Shown in pieces: positions 1-12,474 of a stretch of DNA of 64,000 nt. The stretch spans positions 13,268,001-13,332,000 of the forward strand of contig NC_090415.1 of NCBI RefSeq assembly GCF_036365525.1, in the 5' to 3' direction. The notes under the pieces were generated by a model. The model was not told the DNA's origin and searched no databases. It was given only the letters and a program-made list of their open reading frames with translations. The stretch comes from Heterodontus francisci (taxonomy: Eukaryota). The position numbers were made by a program, and so were the translations under genes. How positions within the stretch are numbered: the stretch's first letter is position 1; each line of letters starts with the position of its first letter.

Positions 1-520
1 ATTGAGGACCCAATCCTTGTCATCCTGCAACCATGTCTCCATAATGGCTATGAGATCATATTTATTTACTTCAACATGTGCTATCAGTTCCTCTACTTTG
101 TTATGAACGCTATGTGCATTCACATAAAGAGCCTTTGGTTTTACCTTTTTGTTATCTTTGTCACATCTAGTGTTGACTGTCGGTCTGCTCTTAGGTTTTT
201 TTTCTCTTTGCCCCTTCCTGCCATTCACTGGCCTTCATTTCCCCTGTTACTATTGTGTTCTCCTGCCCTGACTCTAACCCTTGATTTGTTACATCTACTA
301 AAGCTTGATCCCTCTACCCCTTTGTTTAGATCCAGTACCTCTCTACATCCCTAGTTATATGGTTTTCTCGAACACTGGTCCCAGCTCAGTTCAGGTATAG
401 ACTGTTCGAACGGTACAGCCTCCACTTTCACTAGTACTGGTGCCAGTGCCCCACAAACTGAACCTGACTTCTCCCACACCAGTCCTGGCGGGTGTACGTT
501 TCACTGTATATCTCTCAATC
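1..520 (-). mobile_element. CR1-type LINE fragment (start of the ORF2 endonuclease plus ORF1 end), decayed
   Basis: Same sequence as 47809-48330, where the minus-strand translation gives LYLNARS...YDLIAIMETWL (APE endonuclease N-terminus). Confidence 0.8.
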
Positions 521-524
521 CCTA

Positions 525-2440
525 GTCTACAATTTACCTCTGTCAGTTTTGGATTTTGAGTGTGTTTTTATCAGCACCTGTCAGTTTGTTTTATGTGAGA
601 AACGTCTTATTCTGTACCTTTCAGCTTCTTGTGTGTAAAAGTATCTGGGTTGTACTTTGTCCCCATCAGTATATGGTATGTGAGTGTGGATTTGACAGTT
701 AATATTACATTCTTGTGTATATGAGTGGGAGTTCACACTTTATCTTTGATTGTCTAGTAGCCAATTTAAGGTTTGACTTATGCCCTTAAATGTCTCATGT
801 GTATCTGAGGCTTTTAACCTCTCTCTGTCACTGTCTGGTATAAGAGTAAGAGTTTCAGTCTGGTTTTTGAGTGTGGATTTTACACCACATCTCTCCATGC
901 TCTCGGATGTGAATGTGATATTTAATCTGTGATGCCAGTTTCTGACATGTAGCTGTGTTTTTTTACTTTGTACATTGTCATTCTCTGATATGTGACTGCC
1001 AATTTTATTCTGAACCTGTCTGTTTTTTATTTCTGTTTGTGTGAGTTTTAACCTGTATCTGTCAGTATCTGGTATATGAATCTTCTTAATTATGTGCGTG
1101 TTGATCTGTATCTGTGAGGGTCTGAAGTGCAATTGTTAGGTTTTCTTTGTACCTGTCAGTGTCTCTTGTGGATGAGAGACTTTCACTCTCTAACTGTTAA
1201 TTTCTTGCAATTCATTATGGATTTCACACTGTCTCTGTCAGTCTCTGGTAGTTAAGTCTGGCATTTTTACTGTCTCTCCTAATTTCTGATATGTGAATGT
1301 TGATTTTAATGTGTACCTCTAGGTTTCTCCTATATGAGTCTTTTTACAATCTGTTTCTGCCAGTTTCTCATATGTGAGGGTGGCATTTATTCTGTACCTG
1401 TTACTTTCCGAAATGTGGGAAGAATTTACTCTTTCCCTGTCAGTTGCTGATATGTGAATGTGGGTTTATTCTGGATCTTTCAATCTTTGGAATTTGAGTC
1501 CGTGCTTTACCCTATATCTGTTTGCTTCTGTTAAGTGAATGAGGGATTAAATCTGTTCCAGTGCATTGATTGTATATGAATGTAGTTTTCAGTCTGTACC
1601 TGTCAGTTTATGAAAAATGAAGGTGGTTTTATTTATCTTTCTGCCAGATTTTGTTATGTGACTGTTGATTTATTCTGTACCTGTTATTTTCTGGGATGAT
1701 ATTGTGGTTTTTGATCTGTACCTGTCAGTTTCTATTACTTGAGTGAGTTTTACTTTGCACCAGTTGTCTTCTGTTATGTGAGTGTCAGTTCTAAGCTGCA
1801 CCGGTAAAGTTAAGGTAATTTAGTGTGGTTTTATTCTGCATCTTTCAAATTCTAGTGTGTGACATGGGGCCTTTCTCAGAATCTGTCGATTTATGCTCTG
1901 TAACTGTACGTTTTAAACTGCAACATACAGTTCCTGATAGGAGTGTGAGCACATTTTCTTTTTTCTGCAGCTATCTATGTCTACTACAATGTCTATGTGT
2001 GTTATTCCTAGATTTCAATTTCTGTTATTGAAGAATTGATTTTCCTTTGTACTTCTCAGTCTCTGCAATGTGTCCATGTCTGTTACTGGTAACTGTCTGT
2101 CTCTGTTAGGTGACTCTGGTGTTATTTTCTATCTGACAGTCTCTTGCCTGTGAGTGGTTTTATTTTCTTCTCTGTATCTGTCAGTTTCCTTTCTGTGGCT
2201 GAATGTTTTAATCTTTACTTAAACTTTTTAATAATTTGTAAATGTGAATTTCACTTTGTGCCTGTCTGTTTACATTATATGAATGTGTTTATTTTTACTT
2301 TGTCAACATCAGTTTCAGGCATGTGAGGGTGAGATTCACTGTCTCCAGGATGCACCCTCTTATGAGATTGACAGAGTGCCTTTTCATCTGATAGTGGGTT
2401 CTGCTTTTGAACTTGACCTAACTTTCAGCAGTATTGATTT
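525..2440. repeat. Degenerate ~40-bp tandem array (consensus ~TTTATTCTGTACCTGTCAGTTTCTGGTATGTGAATGTGGG)
   Basis: Successive units start at 1386, 1425, 1465 and 1506 (39-41 bp period). CTGTACCTGTCAGTTT and TATGTGAAT/GT recur throughout. Confidence 0.8.
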
Positions 2441-2994
2441 GGAATGGATTGGATACAATGTCTGTCTCTTCTGATTTGTTTGATTGCTGAATTGGAAATG
2501 TGTCTCTAAACTTAGGATCAGTGAGAATTTGACTACATCTGCTTCTTGTGACAATGCCATGAACTGAAGGCCTATGGGAGTGATACTGTACCTTGTCTGT
2601 GATGGAAGGAGCCGACTGCACTTGCCCTTGTGCCTGGGAATCATCACATTCATTCTGCTCCCTTGAACTATTTGCCTACAGAAAGGAAGAAAACTATGTC
2701 TTGTAAGTCACGATCAGTTGAGTTGGAAGCTAGAAAAGAGATTAATGTAACATTTCAATTCATAATATTTATGACTAATCACAAAGGCAAACCAAAAATA
2801 CAAAGAATATCACTGTCTGATTCCACTGCAGCTCTCAGCATCTGCTGACGAGGTGTCTTGGCAGTTTCACAGCAATTTTGGGACATCCAGAAACAAGCCA
2901 ACATCTACACTGCTCCAAGGTTGGAACAACCTGATGGAGTAGGGATATTTGTGCAGGTCAGGTTTCTATTTCCATCTGGCATTATAATGTAATA

Positions 2995-3625
2995 ACCTAA
3001 GAACTAGGAGCAGGAGTCAGCCATTCAGCCTCTCCAGCCTGATCCACCATTTAATAAAATCATGTCTGATTTGATCTTGGCTTCAGCTCCATTATCCTGC
3101 CTGGCTAAAAACCCATTACTCCCTTGTAGATAAAAAAACTCATCCTTGAATATATTTAATCATCAGCATCCACTGCTCTCTTAGGTATAGAATTCCTTAG
3201 ATTAATGACGCTTTGAGAGATGAAATTCTTCCTTACCACCGTCTAAAATGGGAGACTCCTTATTCTGAAACTGTGCGGCGTGGTTCTTGATTCCCTCAAG
3301 AGGGGAGATATCTTTGCAGCATCTACTCTGTCAAGACCCCTCAGAATCTTACATTTTTTCTATAAGATTAGATCTGATTATTACAAACTCCAATGAGTGT
3401 AACACAACCTGCTCAACCTTTTGCTCATCACGCAACCTATTCATCGCAGGAAGCAACCGAACGAACCTTGCCTGAACTGCATCCGATGCACGTATACATC
3501 CCTCATCAGCGCAGGAGACCACAACTGTATCCAATACTCCAGGTGAGGTCTCAACAACACCCTGCAGAGTTGGAGAAAGACTTTCCTACATTTATATTCC
3601 ATCCCCCTTGCAATAAATGCCAACA
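2995..3625 (-). mobile_element. CR1 LINE 3' fragment
   Basis: Minus-strand translation FIARGMEYK...LLRPHLEYWIQLWSP (CR1 ORF2 C-terminal motif), followed by a CR1-type 3' UTR. Confidence 0.85.
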
Positions 3626-3759
3626 GTCAGGCTCTGTTTTCACTATTCACTTTTCAATAACAACAAACAGCGTGAAATAGGAGCTAAACCAGGGACAAGT
3701 ATTCCAGGATGAGGAGAGAAAACAGCCATGAAATTCAACAGCAACTTCTTCACCTTTTG

Positions 3760-4125
3760 TCTCACTTACGCAGTGCACACGCAGCCCGAGAAATGTCTCT
3801 GCCTTCCGCCGCTCACTCCATGTTACAGGATCACTTCCTGCCTCACTCTGTCTCTTGCAAACAAATGACTTTCAGCAGCCGAGCTGGCGAAATAGAGCGC
3901 ATGCGTTCTAAAGGTTTGCAATCATCCGTAGTGTGGGCGGGGCTATTCCGCGCATGCGCTTCTTTAGGCAACGTTGTGAAATTCAATAAAATCAATTGGA
4001 ACTTTATCCAGTTCAGCTTTTTCACATTTTGAGCAATGAAACCGGGGCTGTGGGTAAGATAGTGATGTTTCCCTTCTGGGAGATTACCCCTTTGTGAAGT
4101 TCAACTTGAGATTATTCTCTGCAGT
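3760..4125. promoter_or_regulatory. Putative bidirectional CpG-type promoter: two NRF1-like motifs and a GC box, with outward-facing 5' splice sites
   Basis: GCGCATGCG at ~3897-3905 and ~3950-3959; GGGCGGGG at ~3935. Minus-strand GC|GTAAGT donor at 3769; plus-strand GG|GTAAGA donor at 4054 with an acceptor ttctctgcag ending at 4124. Confidence 0.55.
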
Positions 4126-4504
4126 CTGCTTGCTGTCCTTCAGCCCGGCTTCTCAAAGCAATCCTCTGAGGGAGTCGGTGTGTTTGCTGGGATCGCGCAG
4201 GAGTTAATATCTGACAATAACAGTCCTACATTCATGTCAGCAGATTTAAACTGTCGGTCACTGAGAGTCATAGCGAACGGTTTGAGCTGAAAGATTGCAG
4301 AGAGCTCAACAGGGCAGAAACAAGTTAAATTTGGGACATTGTGTGCCTCACTTTCGGACACGTCCTCGGAATGTGAGATTAATAATGTGGCTGCCTGTTG
4401 CACCATATCAGTGAGAGATGAGTTTGTATCGTCGCTCTCCCCTGGCGGAACTTTCGAGATGAAACAAATCTTACAGTTCAGCCTACAACTCAATAATTAC
4501 CGGC

Positions 4505-6232
4505 TCAGTCGTGGGCAAAATATTGGAATCCATTCAGAGAGACAGGATAAACTGTCACTTAGAAAGGCAAAGATTAATCAAGCATAGTCAGCGTGGATTT
4601 GTGAAGGGAAGATCTCGTCTGACCAACTTGATCCAATTTCTTGAAGAAGTAACAAGGAAGTTGTATGATGGCACTGTAGTTGATGCGGTCTAGATGGATT
4701 TTAGCAAGGATTTTGACAAGGTCCCACATGGCAGACTGGTTAAAAAATAATAAAATCCCGCTTGATCCAGGAAAATGCAGTAAGCTGGATGCAAATTAGG
4801 TTTAGTGGCAGGCAATAAATGGTAATTGTTAACGGGTGTTTTTGCGATTGGAGGGCTGTTTCCATTGGCGTTCCGCTTGGCTCAGGACTGGGTCACCTGC
4901 TCATTGTGGTATATATTAATGATTTGAACGTAAATGTACGGAACATGAATAAGAAGCTTACAGATGACATAAAAATTGGTCGTGTGATAGAAAACGAGGA
5001 GGATTGCTGTAGGCTGCAGGAAGATGTTGATGGTCTGGACATATGAGCTAAAAATGGCAAATGGAATTCAACCCGGATAAGTGTGAGGTGATGCATTTTG
5101 GGAGGTCAAACAAGGCAAAGGAATACACGATTAATGGGAATATACTGAGTTGTGTCGAGAATGAGAGGGACCTTGGAGTAAATGACCACTGACCCAGAAG
5201 GTAGCAGGACAGGTCGACAAGGTGGTTAAGAAGGCATATGGAATCCTTCCCTTTATTAGCTGAGGTATAGAATATAATAGCAGGAAGGTTATCCTGGAAA
5301 TATATCAACCATTGGTTAGGATACAAATTGAGTACTGTGTGCAGTTCTCGTTACCTCATTATAGAAGTGACGTAATTGCATTATAGAGGGTACAGAGGAG
5401 ATTTACGAGGACATTTTCGGGACCTAAAAATGCAGCTATGAGGAAAGATTGGGTGGGCTGGGATGTTCTCCTTGGAACAGAGAAGGGTGGATCTGATTGA
5501 AATATATCACATTATGAGAGGTCTGGATAGAGTGGAGATCAATGGCCCATTTACCTTCATAGAGAGTGACTCGGGGGCAAAGACTTAAAGTGCTTGGTAG
5601 AAAGATTAGAGGGGAAATAAGGGAAAGTTTTCCTCACCTAGCAATGCAAAACTGGGCATCCATGAGGGTCTGTGGGCCATTCGGATTAATGTGTACAGTA
5701 CTGGTCTCCTTATTTAAGGAAGGGTGTAAATGCGTTGGAGGCAGTACAGAGAAGGTTTACCTGGAATTTGCCTGGAATGGACGGGCTGTCTTCAGAGGAA
5801 ATATTGGACAAGCAAAGCTTGTATCCGCTGGAATTTAGAAGAGTAAGATGTGACTTGATTGAAACATATAATATCCTGAGGGGTCTTGACAGGGTGGATG
5901 TGGAAAGGATGTTTCTCCTTCTGGGAGAATCTATAACAAGGGGTCACTGTTTAGAAATAAGGGGTCGTACATTTCAGACAGAGATGAGGAGAATTTTTTT
6001 TCTCAGAGGGTCGTGAGACTTGGGAATTCTCTTCCTCAGAAGGCGAAGGAAGCAGAGACTTTGAATATTTTTCAGGTCCAGGTAAATAGATTCTTGACAT
6101 GAAAGGGAGTGTAGAAAACCGGGTCGTGCTGGAAATGTGGAGTAATCAGTTCAGAAATAAACTTATTGAATGGCAGAGCAGGCTCGAAGGGCTGAGTGGC
6201 CTACTCCTGCTCCTAATTCGTATGTTCGTATA
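4505..6232 (+). mobile_element. Two adjacent decayed CR1 LINE ORF2/3' fragments
   Basis: Frameshifted translations HSQRGFVKGRSRLTNL, GVPLGSGLG, EAVQRRFT, DLIETY; tail tcgtatgttcgtat near 6218-6230. Confidence 0.9.
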
Positions 6233-6234
6233 AG

Positions 6235-8340
6235 ATGAGCGAAGTACCAACAGCAGCAGAATTGTACTCAACCCCTATCTTTAAGCTCATGGCCTGGCAT
6301 ATCCCTCACTCTACAATGAACATCAAACCAGGAGACCAAACGTTATTCAATGAAGAGTGCAGCAGGGCATGCCAGAAGCAGCACCAGGCATACCTCAAAA
6401 TGAGGTCTCAACCTGGTGAAGCTACAACACAGGATTACTTGCATGTCAAACTGCGTATGCAGCATCCGATAGACAGAGCCAAGCGATTTCATAACCAATG
6501 GATCAGATCTAAGTGCTGCAGTCCTGTCACATCCAGCCGTGAATGGTGGTAGACAATTAAACAACTAACTGGAGGAGGTGGCTCCACAAATATCCCCATC
6601 TTCAATGATGAGGGAGCCCAGCACATCAGTGCAAAAGATAAGGTTGAAGCTTTTACAACAATCTTCGCTAGAAGTGCCGAGTTGATGATTCATCTCAGAC
6701 TATTCCTGAAGGCCCCAGCATCACAGATGGCAGACTTCAGCCAATTCGTATCACTCCTTGTGACATCAAGTAATGACTAAAGGTGCTGTATACTGCCAAG
6801 GCTCTGGGTTCTGACAATGTTCTCCAATAGGACTGAAGACCTGTGCTCCAGAACTTGCTGGGCCCATAGCCAATCTGTTCCAGTACAGCTACAACACTGG
6901 CATGTACCGAGCAATGTGGAATATTCCCCAGGTATGTCTTGGACACCATAAGCAGGACAAGTCCAAGCTGGCTAATTAGACCCCATCAGTCTACTCTCAA
7001 TCATCAATAAAGTGATGGAAGGTGTCATCAACAGTGCCATCAAACGGCAGTTGCTCAGTAATAACCTGGTCAGTGACACTCAGTTTGTGTTCCACCAGTG
7101 CCACTCAGCTCCTGACCACATTACAGCCTTGGTTCAAACATGGGCAAAAGAGCTGAACTCAAGAATGAGAAGAAAGTGACTGCCCTTGACATCAAGGCAG
7201 CATTTGACCGAGTATGGCATCAAGGAACCCTAGCAAAACTGAAGTCAATGGGAATCACAGGGAAAATTCTCTGCTGGTTGGAGTCATACCTAGTGCAAAG
7301 GAAGATGGTTGTGGTTGTTCGAAGTCAATGATCTGAACTCCAGGACATCACTGGAAGAGTTCCTTAGGGTATTGTCCTATGTCCAACCATCTTCAGCTGC
7401 TTCATCAATGACTTTCCTTCAATCATAAGGTCAGAAGTGGGATGTTCACTGATGATTGCACAATGTTCAGCATGATTCGTGACTCCTCAGCAACTGACGC
7501 AGTCTGTGTAGAAATGCAGCAAGACTTGGACAATATCCAGGCTTGTGCTGATAAACGGCAAGTAACATTCACGCCACACAAGTGCCAGGCAACTACCATC
7601 TCCAACAAGAGGGAATCTAACCATCTCCCCTTAACATTCAATGGCAATTAGCATCGCTGAATCCCCCACTATCAATATCCTAGGGTCGACCATTGACCAG
7701 AAACTGAACTGGAGTAGCCATATAAATACCATGGCTACAAGAGCAGATCAGAGGATAGGAATCCTGCGACGAGCAAATAACCTGCTGACTCCCCTAAGCT
7801 TGTCCACCATTTACAAGGCGGGAATCAGGAGTGTGATGGAATCCTCTCCACTTGCCTGGATGCGTTCAGATCCAACAACACTCAAGAAGCTCGACACCAT
7901 CCTGGACAAAGCAGCCCACTTGATTGCCACCCCATGTACAAACATTCACTCCCTCCACCACCGACACACAGTAGCAGCAATGCGTACCATCCACATGATG
8001 TACTGCAGCAACACACCAAGGCTTTTTAGACAGCACCTTGCAAACCCGCGAACACTACCAACTAGAAGCACAAGGGTAGTAGATGCATGGGACCACCATC
8101 ACCTGCCAGTTCCCCTCCAAATCACACATCATTCTGACTTCGAACTATATTGCCATTCCTTCACTGTCGCTATGTCAAAATTCTGGAACTCCCTTCCTAA
8201 CAACACTATGATTGTACCTACCTCACATGGAGTGTAGCGGCTCAAGAAGCCATCTCACCACAACCTCCTCAAGGGCAGTTATGGATGGGCAATAAATGCT
8301 GGCCAAGCCAGCAACACCCACATCATATGAATGAATAAAT
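6235..8340 (+). mobile_element. Second non-LTR family (CR1/L2-group LINE), 5'-truncated ORF2 with RT, decayed
   Basis: ALDIKAAFDRVWH, MFTDD (RT catalytic FADD variant), LKKLDTI; 3' end gggcaataaatgctggcc...atgaatgaataaa. Confidence 0.85.
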
Positions 8341-8344
8341 CAAA

Positions 8345-8575
8345 CAGGGTGGTGGTGGTCTGGAACTCACTGCCTGAAAGGGTAGTTGAAGTATAAACCT
8401 TCAAATCATTCAAAAGAAGTCTGGATATGCGTCTCAAGTGCCGTAATCTGCCGGGTTACGGACCAAATGCTGGCAGGTGGGATTAGAATAGGTGGAATTT
8501 TTTTCGGCTGGCACAGATACGATGGGTCAAGTGGTTCCTTTCTGTGCCATAAACGTTCAATGTTTCTATGATTCT
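8345..8575 (+). mobile_element. CR1 3' end fragment
   Basis: Translates to RVV..WNSLP and ends in a CR1-type tail tctatgattct. Confidence 0.75.
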
Positions 8576-8664
8576 GAGTGAATGCATATCTCTCCTTCTC
8601 ACCATCACCCAAGCCTCTCGCCCACTCCAGATCTTTCTCTCTCTGCCTTTTTTCGCTATTGATA

Positions 8665-9152
8665 CTGTGTCTCTCCCTCTGCCTTTGGTGCTGTATCTAT
8701 GTTGGCGATACAGTTACTGAGTGTTATGTGTATGCATTCTATTGTAGTACTGATAGTCTCTCTCTCTCTCTCTCTCTCTCTGATGATACAGGTGAAGGTG
8801 AAATACTGTTGTTCAGTGTGATATGGACACACAGTTGGAAATTATAATAATAAAAGCAAAATACTGCGGATGCTGGAAATCTGAAATAAAAACAAGAAAT
8901 GCTGAAAATACTCAGCATGTCTGGTAGCATCTGTGGAGGGAGAAGCAGAGTTAACGTTTCGTGTCAGTGACCTTTCTTCGAACCCCTTCACCCCGATGTC
9001 ACCTTCACCTGTATCATCAGAGAGAGACACACACAGACAGACATAGAGCGAGTGAGAGACTATCAGTACTACAATAGAATGCATACATAAAACACTCACT
9101 AACTGTGTCGCGAACATAGATACAGCACCAAAGGCAGAGGGAGAGACACAGT
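8665..9152. repeat. ~140-bp inverted duplication (8665-8801 vs 8998-9152)
   Basis: ctgtgtctctccctctgcctttggtgctgtatctatg...tgatgatacaggtgaaggtga is present as its reverse complement at 8998-9152. Confidence 0.9.
8853..8983 (-). mobile_element. ~130-bp hammerhead-core (Penelope/retrozyme-like) element, core mutated
   Basis: Reverse complement reads gttC-GAAGAaaggtcactgacacGAAACGTTaactctgc...cagatgc...ttccagcatccgcagtattttgcttt. Confidence 0.65.
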
Positions 9153-9218
9153 TCTGAAGAAGAGTCACTGGCCCGAAACGTTAACTCTGCTTCTCTCTCC
9201 ACAGATGCTGCCAGACCT
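9149..9218 (+). ncRNA. Minimal type I hammerhead ribozyme motif (5' part of the element)
   Basis: agttCTGAAGA-a-gagtc.act.ggccc-GAAACGTT-aact: conserved core, imperfect helix II, palindromic AACGTT helix III, and AGTT/AACT helix I. Confidence 0.65.
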
Positions 9219-10310
9219 TTTGGAAATGTAAGACTGATACAATCTCTCTCCCTCTCTCACCCCTCTCTCTCTTTCACTCTCCCTCTCTCTGTCCCTCTGT
9301 TGCTGTATATTAAAGGGTTATTGAGTGTGTTATGGACACGCTGAACAGACGTGCAGCACTGCAACAGTGAACTCTCCTCTGGTGCCGCGGGTGAGACGGT
9401 CACTGTCACTTCTCCGCTCGGTACGTTCTAATCTGACGGGGCATTTATCTGTCTTCAGTCCTGCATCGAAGGACGGAGAGAACCAGCCTGTCACTGCCTG
9501 GAACAAAAAAAAAACACAGCGTCTGAATGTGGGATTATTCTGTAACTGGACATCTCTCCTTGTTGACAATGGGATGTCTGGGACACCTGGAAAAATATGG
9601 ATAGACTATAGGAAGAGACAGTCGATAATTTGTATTTTCACAGTCAGGAAACATGTTTATATGTGCGATCAATAACATCAAACCGGACAGTAGTTTGAAC
9701 ACATTCAAAGCTGTGATTTGCTCTTGCCGTCGAACCTAATAAACAGACAACATTCGCAGCGCCAGTCTCAGAGTGTTTAACACTTACTGAGTCTAGAAAA
9801 TACAAATACCCACCGTGAATCCGCAGCACAGGCTGAGCGGAGGGGAAATCCTGTCCTGGGAACGTTAAATTGAGCGAACAGTTCGGCCTGAGATTGTGTG
9901 GATGTGAATATTGTGGAAGAGAGTGTATTAAAGGGGCGGGCGCGTTAGTCTAATGCCACTGTGTTTGTGGGTCTGGTCTCATCGTCGGATTTCCGAGTCC
10001 CTCTTGCGTAAAAAAACAAGATTTTCCAGTCAAAGAAGCACTTTGCTCCCCTTCTAATCCTCAAAGTGGGAATTCAGTGTTGCTTGTTTGTTGATTTCAA
10101 GATTTTAATCGAAAAGTATGGAACATGTCAGCGATCGGCTGAGAGAGAGTCATCAGTGCAGCAATGAAACGGGTTTCAGTCGAAAATGGAGTCTTTACTT
10201 CAAGTGAAACCTTTGTGACAGCAAACATTCTGATGTCAGAGACAGGAAGGATCTAGCCTGGGACTCTGGAATACCCGAATTTCAGTGGAATTGGAGAGTT
10301 TAGGACCAGA

Positions 10311-10390
10311 GAGAAACACAGAGAGGCAGCAGGAGCCGGGAGCTGACAGCAGGTTGTCTCCGCCCCGTCCGCTCGCTGCCTTTAAGTTGC
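10311..10390 (+). promoter_or_regulatory. Histone H1 promoter (AC/H1 box, GC box, TATA-like)
   Basis: AAACACA at 10314-10320, CCGCCC at ~10360-10365, TTTAAG at 10381 (TTTAAA in copy 2). Confidence 0.7.
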
Positions 10391-10464
10391 TCAGTGCCGC
10401 CACCACCAGCTTCATTTCTGACCCAGTTCTGACTGACAGAGAGACTTTGTGCAGAGTCCTGGAC

Positions 10465-11178
10465 ATGACCGATACTGCAGCCGCCGAAACGGCTCCTCCA
10501 GCCGCCGCCGCTCAAGTCAAGACTCCCAAGAAGAAGAAGGCGGCTCCCCGGAAGGGGTCAGGCGGTCCCAAGTTGGGCGAGCTGATCCTCAAGACTGTGG
10601 CGGAATGCAGTGTCCGCAGTGGGATGTCACTGCAGGCAATAAAGAAGGCTCTGCGTGTGAAAGGTGTCGATGTGGAGAAGGGCAAGTTCCAAATCAAGCA
10701 AAGTATCAAGCGGCTTGTGGCGAAAGACTTCCTGGTGCAGACGAAGGGCACGGGGGCCTCCGGCACCTTCAAAATCGCGAAACAGGAAAAGAAGGGAAAT
10801 GTGGTGAAGAAGATTAAGACAGGAACAGCCAAGAGATCTTTAGTGAAGAAAACAGCTGCCAAGAAACAGATAACAAAGAAAACAGCCAAGAAATCCCCAG
10901 GGAAGAAAATAGTCGCCAAGAAAGTGAGCAGCAAGAAGACGGCAGCCAAGAAAGTGAGCAGCAAGAAGACAGCAGCCAAGAAAGTGAGCACCAAGAAGAC
11001 GGAAACGCCAAAGAAGGCGGTAAAGAAAGCAACGCTTCCAAAAAAATCTCCAGCGAAGAATGCCAAAAAAGCCAAGAGGGCCACGGGCGGAAAGCCGCCC
11101 AAGAAAGTCCAATCATCAAGGGGCGGGAAGAAGCCGAAAGCAGCAAAGGCTCAGAAAGCAGCCCCTGGAAAGAAGTGA
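10465..11178 (+). CDS. H1: Linker histone H1 (237 aa), divergent globular domain
   Basis: MTDTAAAETAP N-terminus, winged-helix motif LVQTKGTGASGTFK, K/A/P-rich tail with S/TPxK sites, and a 3' stem-loop. The true ATG is at 10465, not the GTG at 10285. Confidence 0.96.
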   Translation: MTDTAAAETAPPAAAAQVKTPKKKKAAPRKGSGGPKLGELILKTVAECSVRSGMSLQAIKKALRVKGVDVEKGKFQIKQSIKRLVAKDFLVQTKGTGASGTFKIAKQEKKGNVVKKIKTGTAKRSLVKKTAAKKQITKKTAKKSPGKKIVAKKVSSKKTAAKKVSSKKTAAKKVSTKKTETPKKAVKKATLPKKSPAKNAKKAKRATGGKPPKKVQSSRGGKKPKAAKAQKAAPGKK

Positions 11179-11214
11179 AACAGCACGGGAAACTTGTAGA
11201 CATCTGAACCCAAA

Positions 11215-11230
11215 GGCTCTTTTCAGAGCC
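11215..11230 (+). terminator. Histone 3' stem-loop (H1) with downstream HDE
   Basis: GGCTCT-TTTC-AGAGCC followed by ACCCA; purine-rich GGAAAGAGCTG at ~11245. Confidence 0.95.
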
Positions 11231-11935
11231 ACCCACGTGTCTCAGGAAAGAGCTGATCCCCCGATCAAATGATCCCTGTCCCGCAGTCGTGTACACATTT
11301 CACTTGGAAATGATTTGAAGTAAATCCAGGTTCCCTGGTGACTCTCAACCCAGCCCTTCCTCACTCTCTGCAACAAATCAGGGATGTCCGGGCCTCACTG
11401 TACCCGGGTATATGTTCGGTGAAGTCTCAGTTCATGCTCGTTTCAGGGCGACAGCCTGTAACACAGTAACACGGGCGAGAAACCCCGCGTCACATCTCAA
11501 ACTCCAATATATGATTTTCTATAATTCAGCTGGGGTTCGGTTTCAGTAAACTGCTCAATCCGTCTGGGAGGAGAGGTGTGCCGAAACAGGTTGACTTGTG
11601 ATCGGAAGCACTGCACTTAGGCGGGTGTATTACGAACTTTTAATTGTAACAGATCCTTATTTAAAGCGCTAATTTCTGTTATCAGTGACTATCAATGCCG
11701 AATCTCCATGTTTTATGCTGAGCTCTAATGTCGAGAATTGTTTTTTCTTGAATTGGCGGTTCGAGCAAGTGGGAGGCGGAGCGAGAGGATCAAAGACATT
11801 TCTCTGCTCTGTCTGTCACTCAGTTTCCTCCAGACCCGCCTCTGGCTCTCTGTCTCTTTCTCAGTCAGGTCGGGGCAGGCTGTATAAAAAGGCAGCAGAA
11901 ACTACTCGTTTCTCATTCAGAATCGGGTTGTCTGA

Positions 11936-12256
<321 letters not shown>

Positions 12257-12286
12257 ACAAATCGACCCTGTCTACCAAAAACAAAA

Positions 12287-12302
12287 GGCTCTTATAAGAG
12301 CC
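12287..12302 (+). terminator. Histone 3' stem-loop (H4), atypical TATA loop
   Basis: GGCTCT-TATA-AGAGCC followed by ACCCA. Confidence 0.9.
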
Positions 12303-12474
12303 ACCCAAAACCTCATATAGAGATAAGTGACCTTGAAACTGCAGCGGGGATGTCTTGGGATGTGAAATTGTTGTAGCTCATCCAATGTTATGTGGACTTT
12401 ATCAGATCAGTATTAAATTCTCTTATAGTCACTTTACGTGTCGCATATTTTTTCACTGTCTTCTTCTGTTCCAT

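Noticed and set aside
525-2440. The 40-bp array as a CRISPR array or a C2H2 zinc-finger exon
   Set aside because: Eukaryotic context, no invariant repeat with unique spacers, and a period of neither 84 bp nor a multiple of 3. No CxxC/HTGEKP pattern.
4140-4493. 117-aa minus-strand ORF conserved in both copies
   Set aside because: Conservation is expected from the recent duplication; TTG start and no recognisable domain.
10285-10464. 60-aa N-terminal extension of H1 in the ORF track (also 60099-60278)
   Set aside because: It starts at GTG and spans the H1 promoter (AC box, GC box, TATA-like). The real start is ATG 10465/60279.
11205-11236. 32-nt identity between the H1 and H2A 3' ends, suggesting gene conversion
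   Set aside because: Mostly the universal stem-loop consensus plus a few bases; insufficient evidence.
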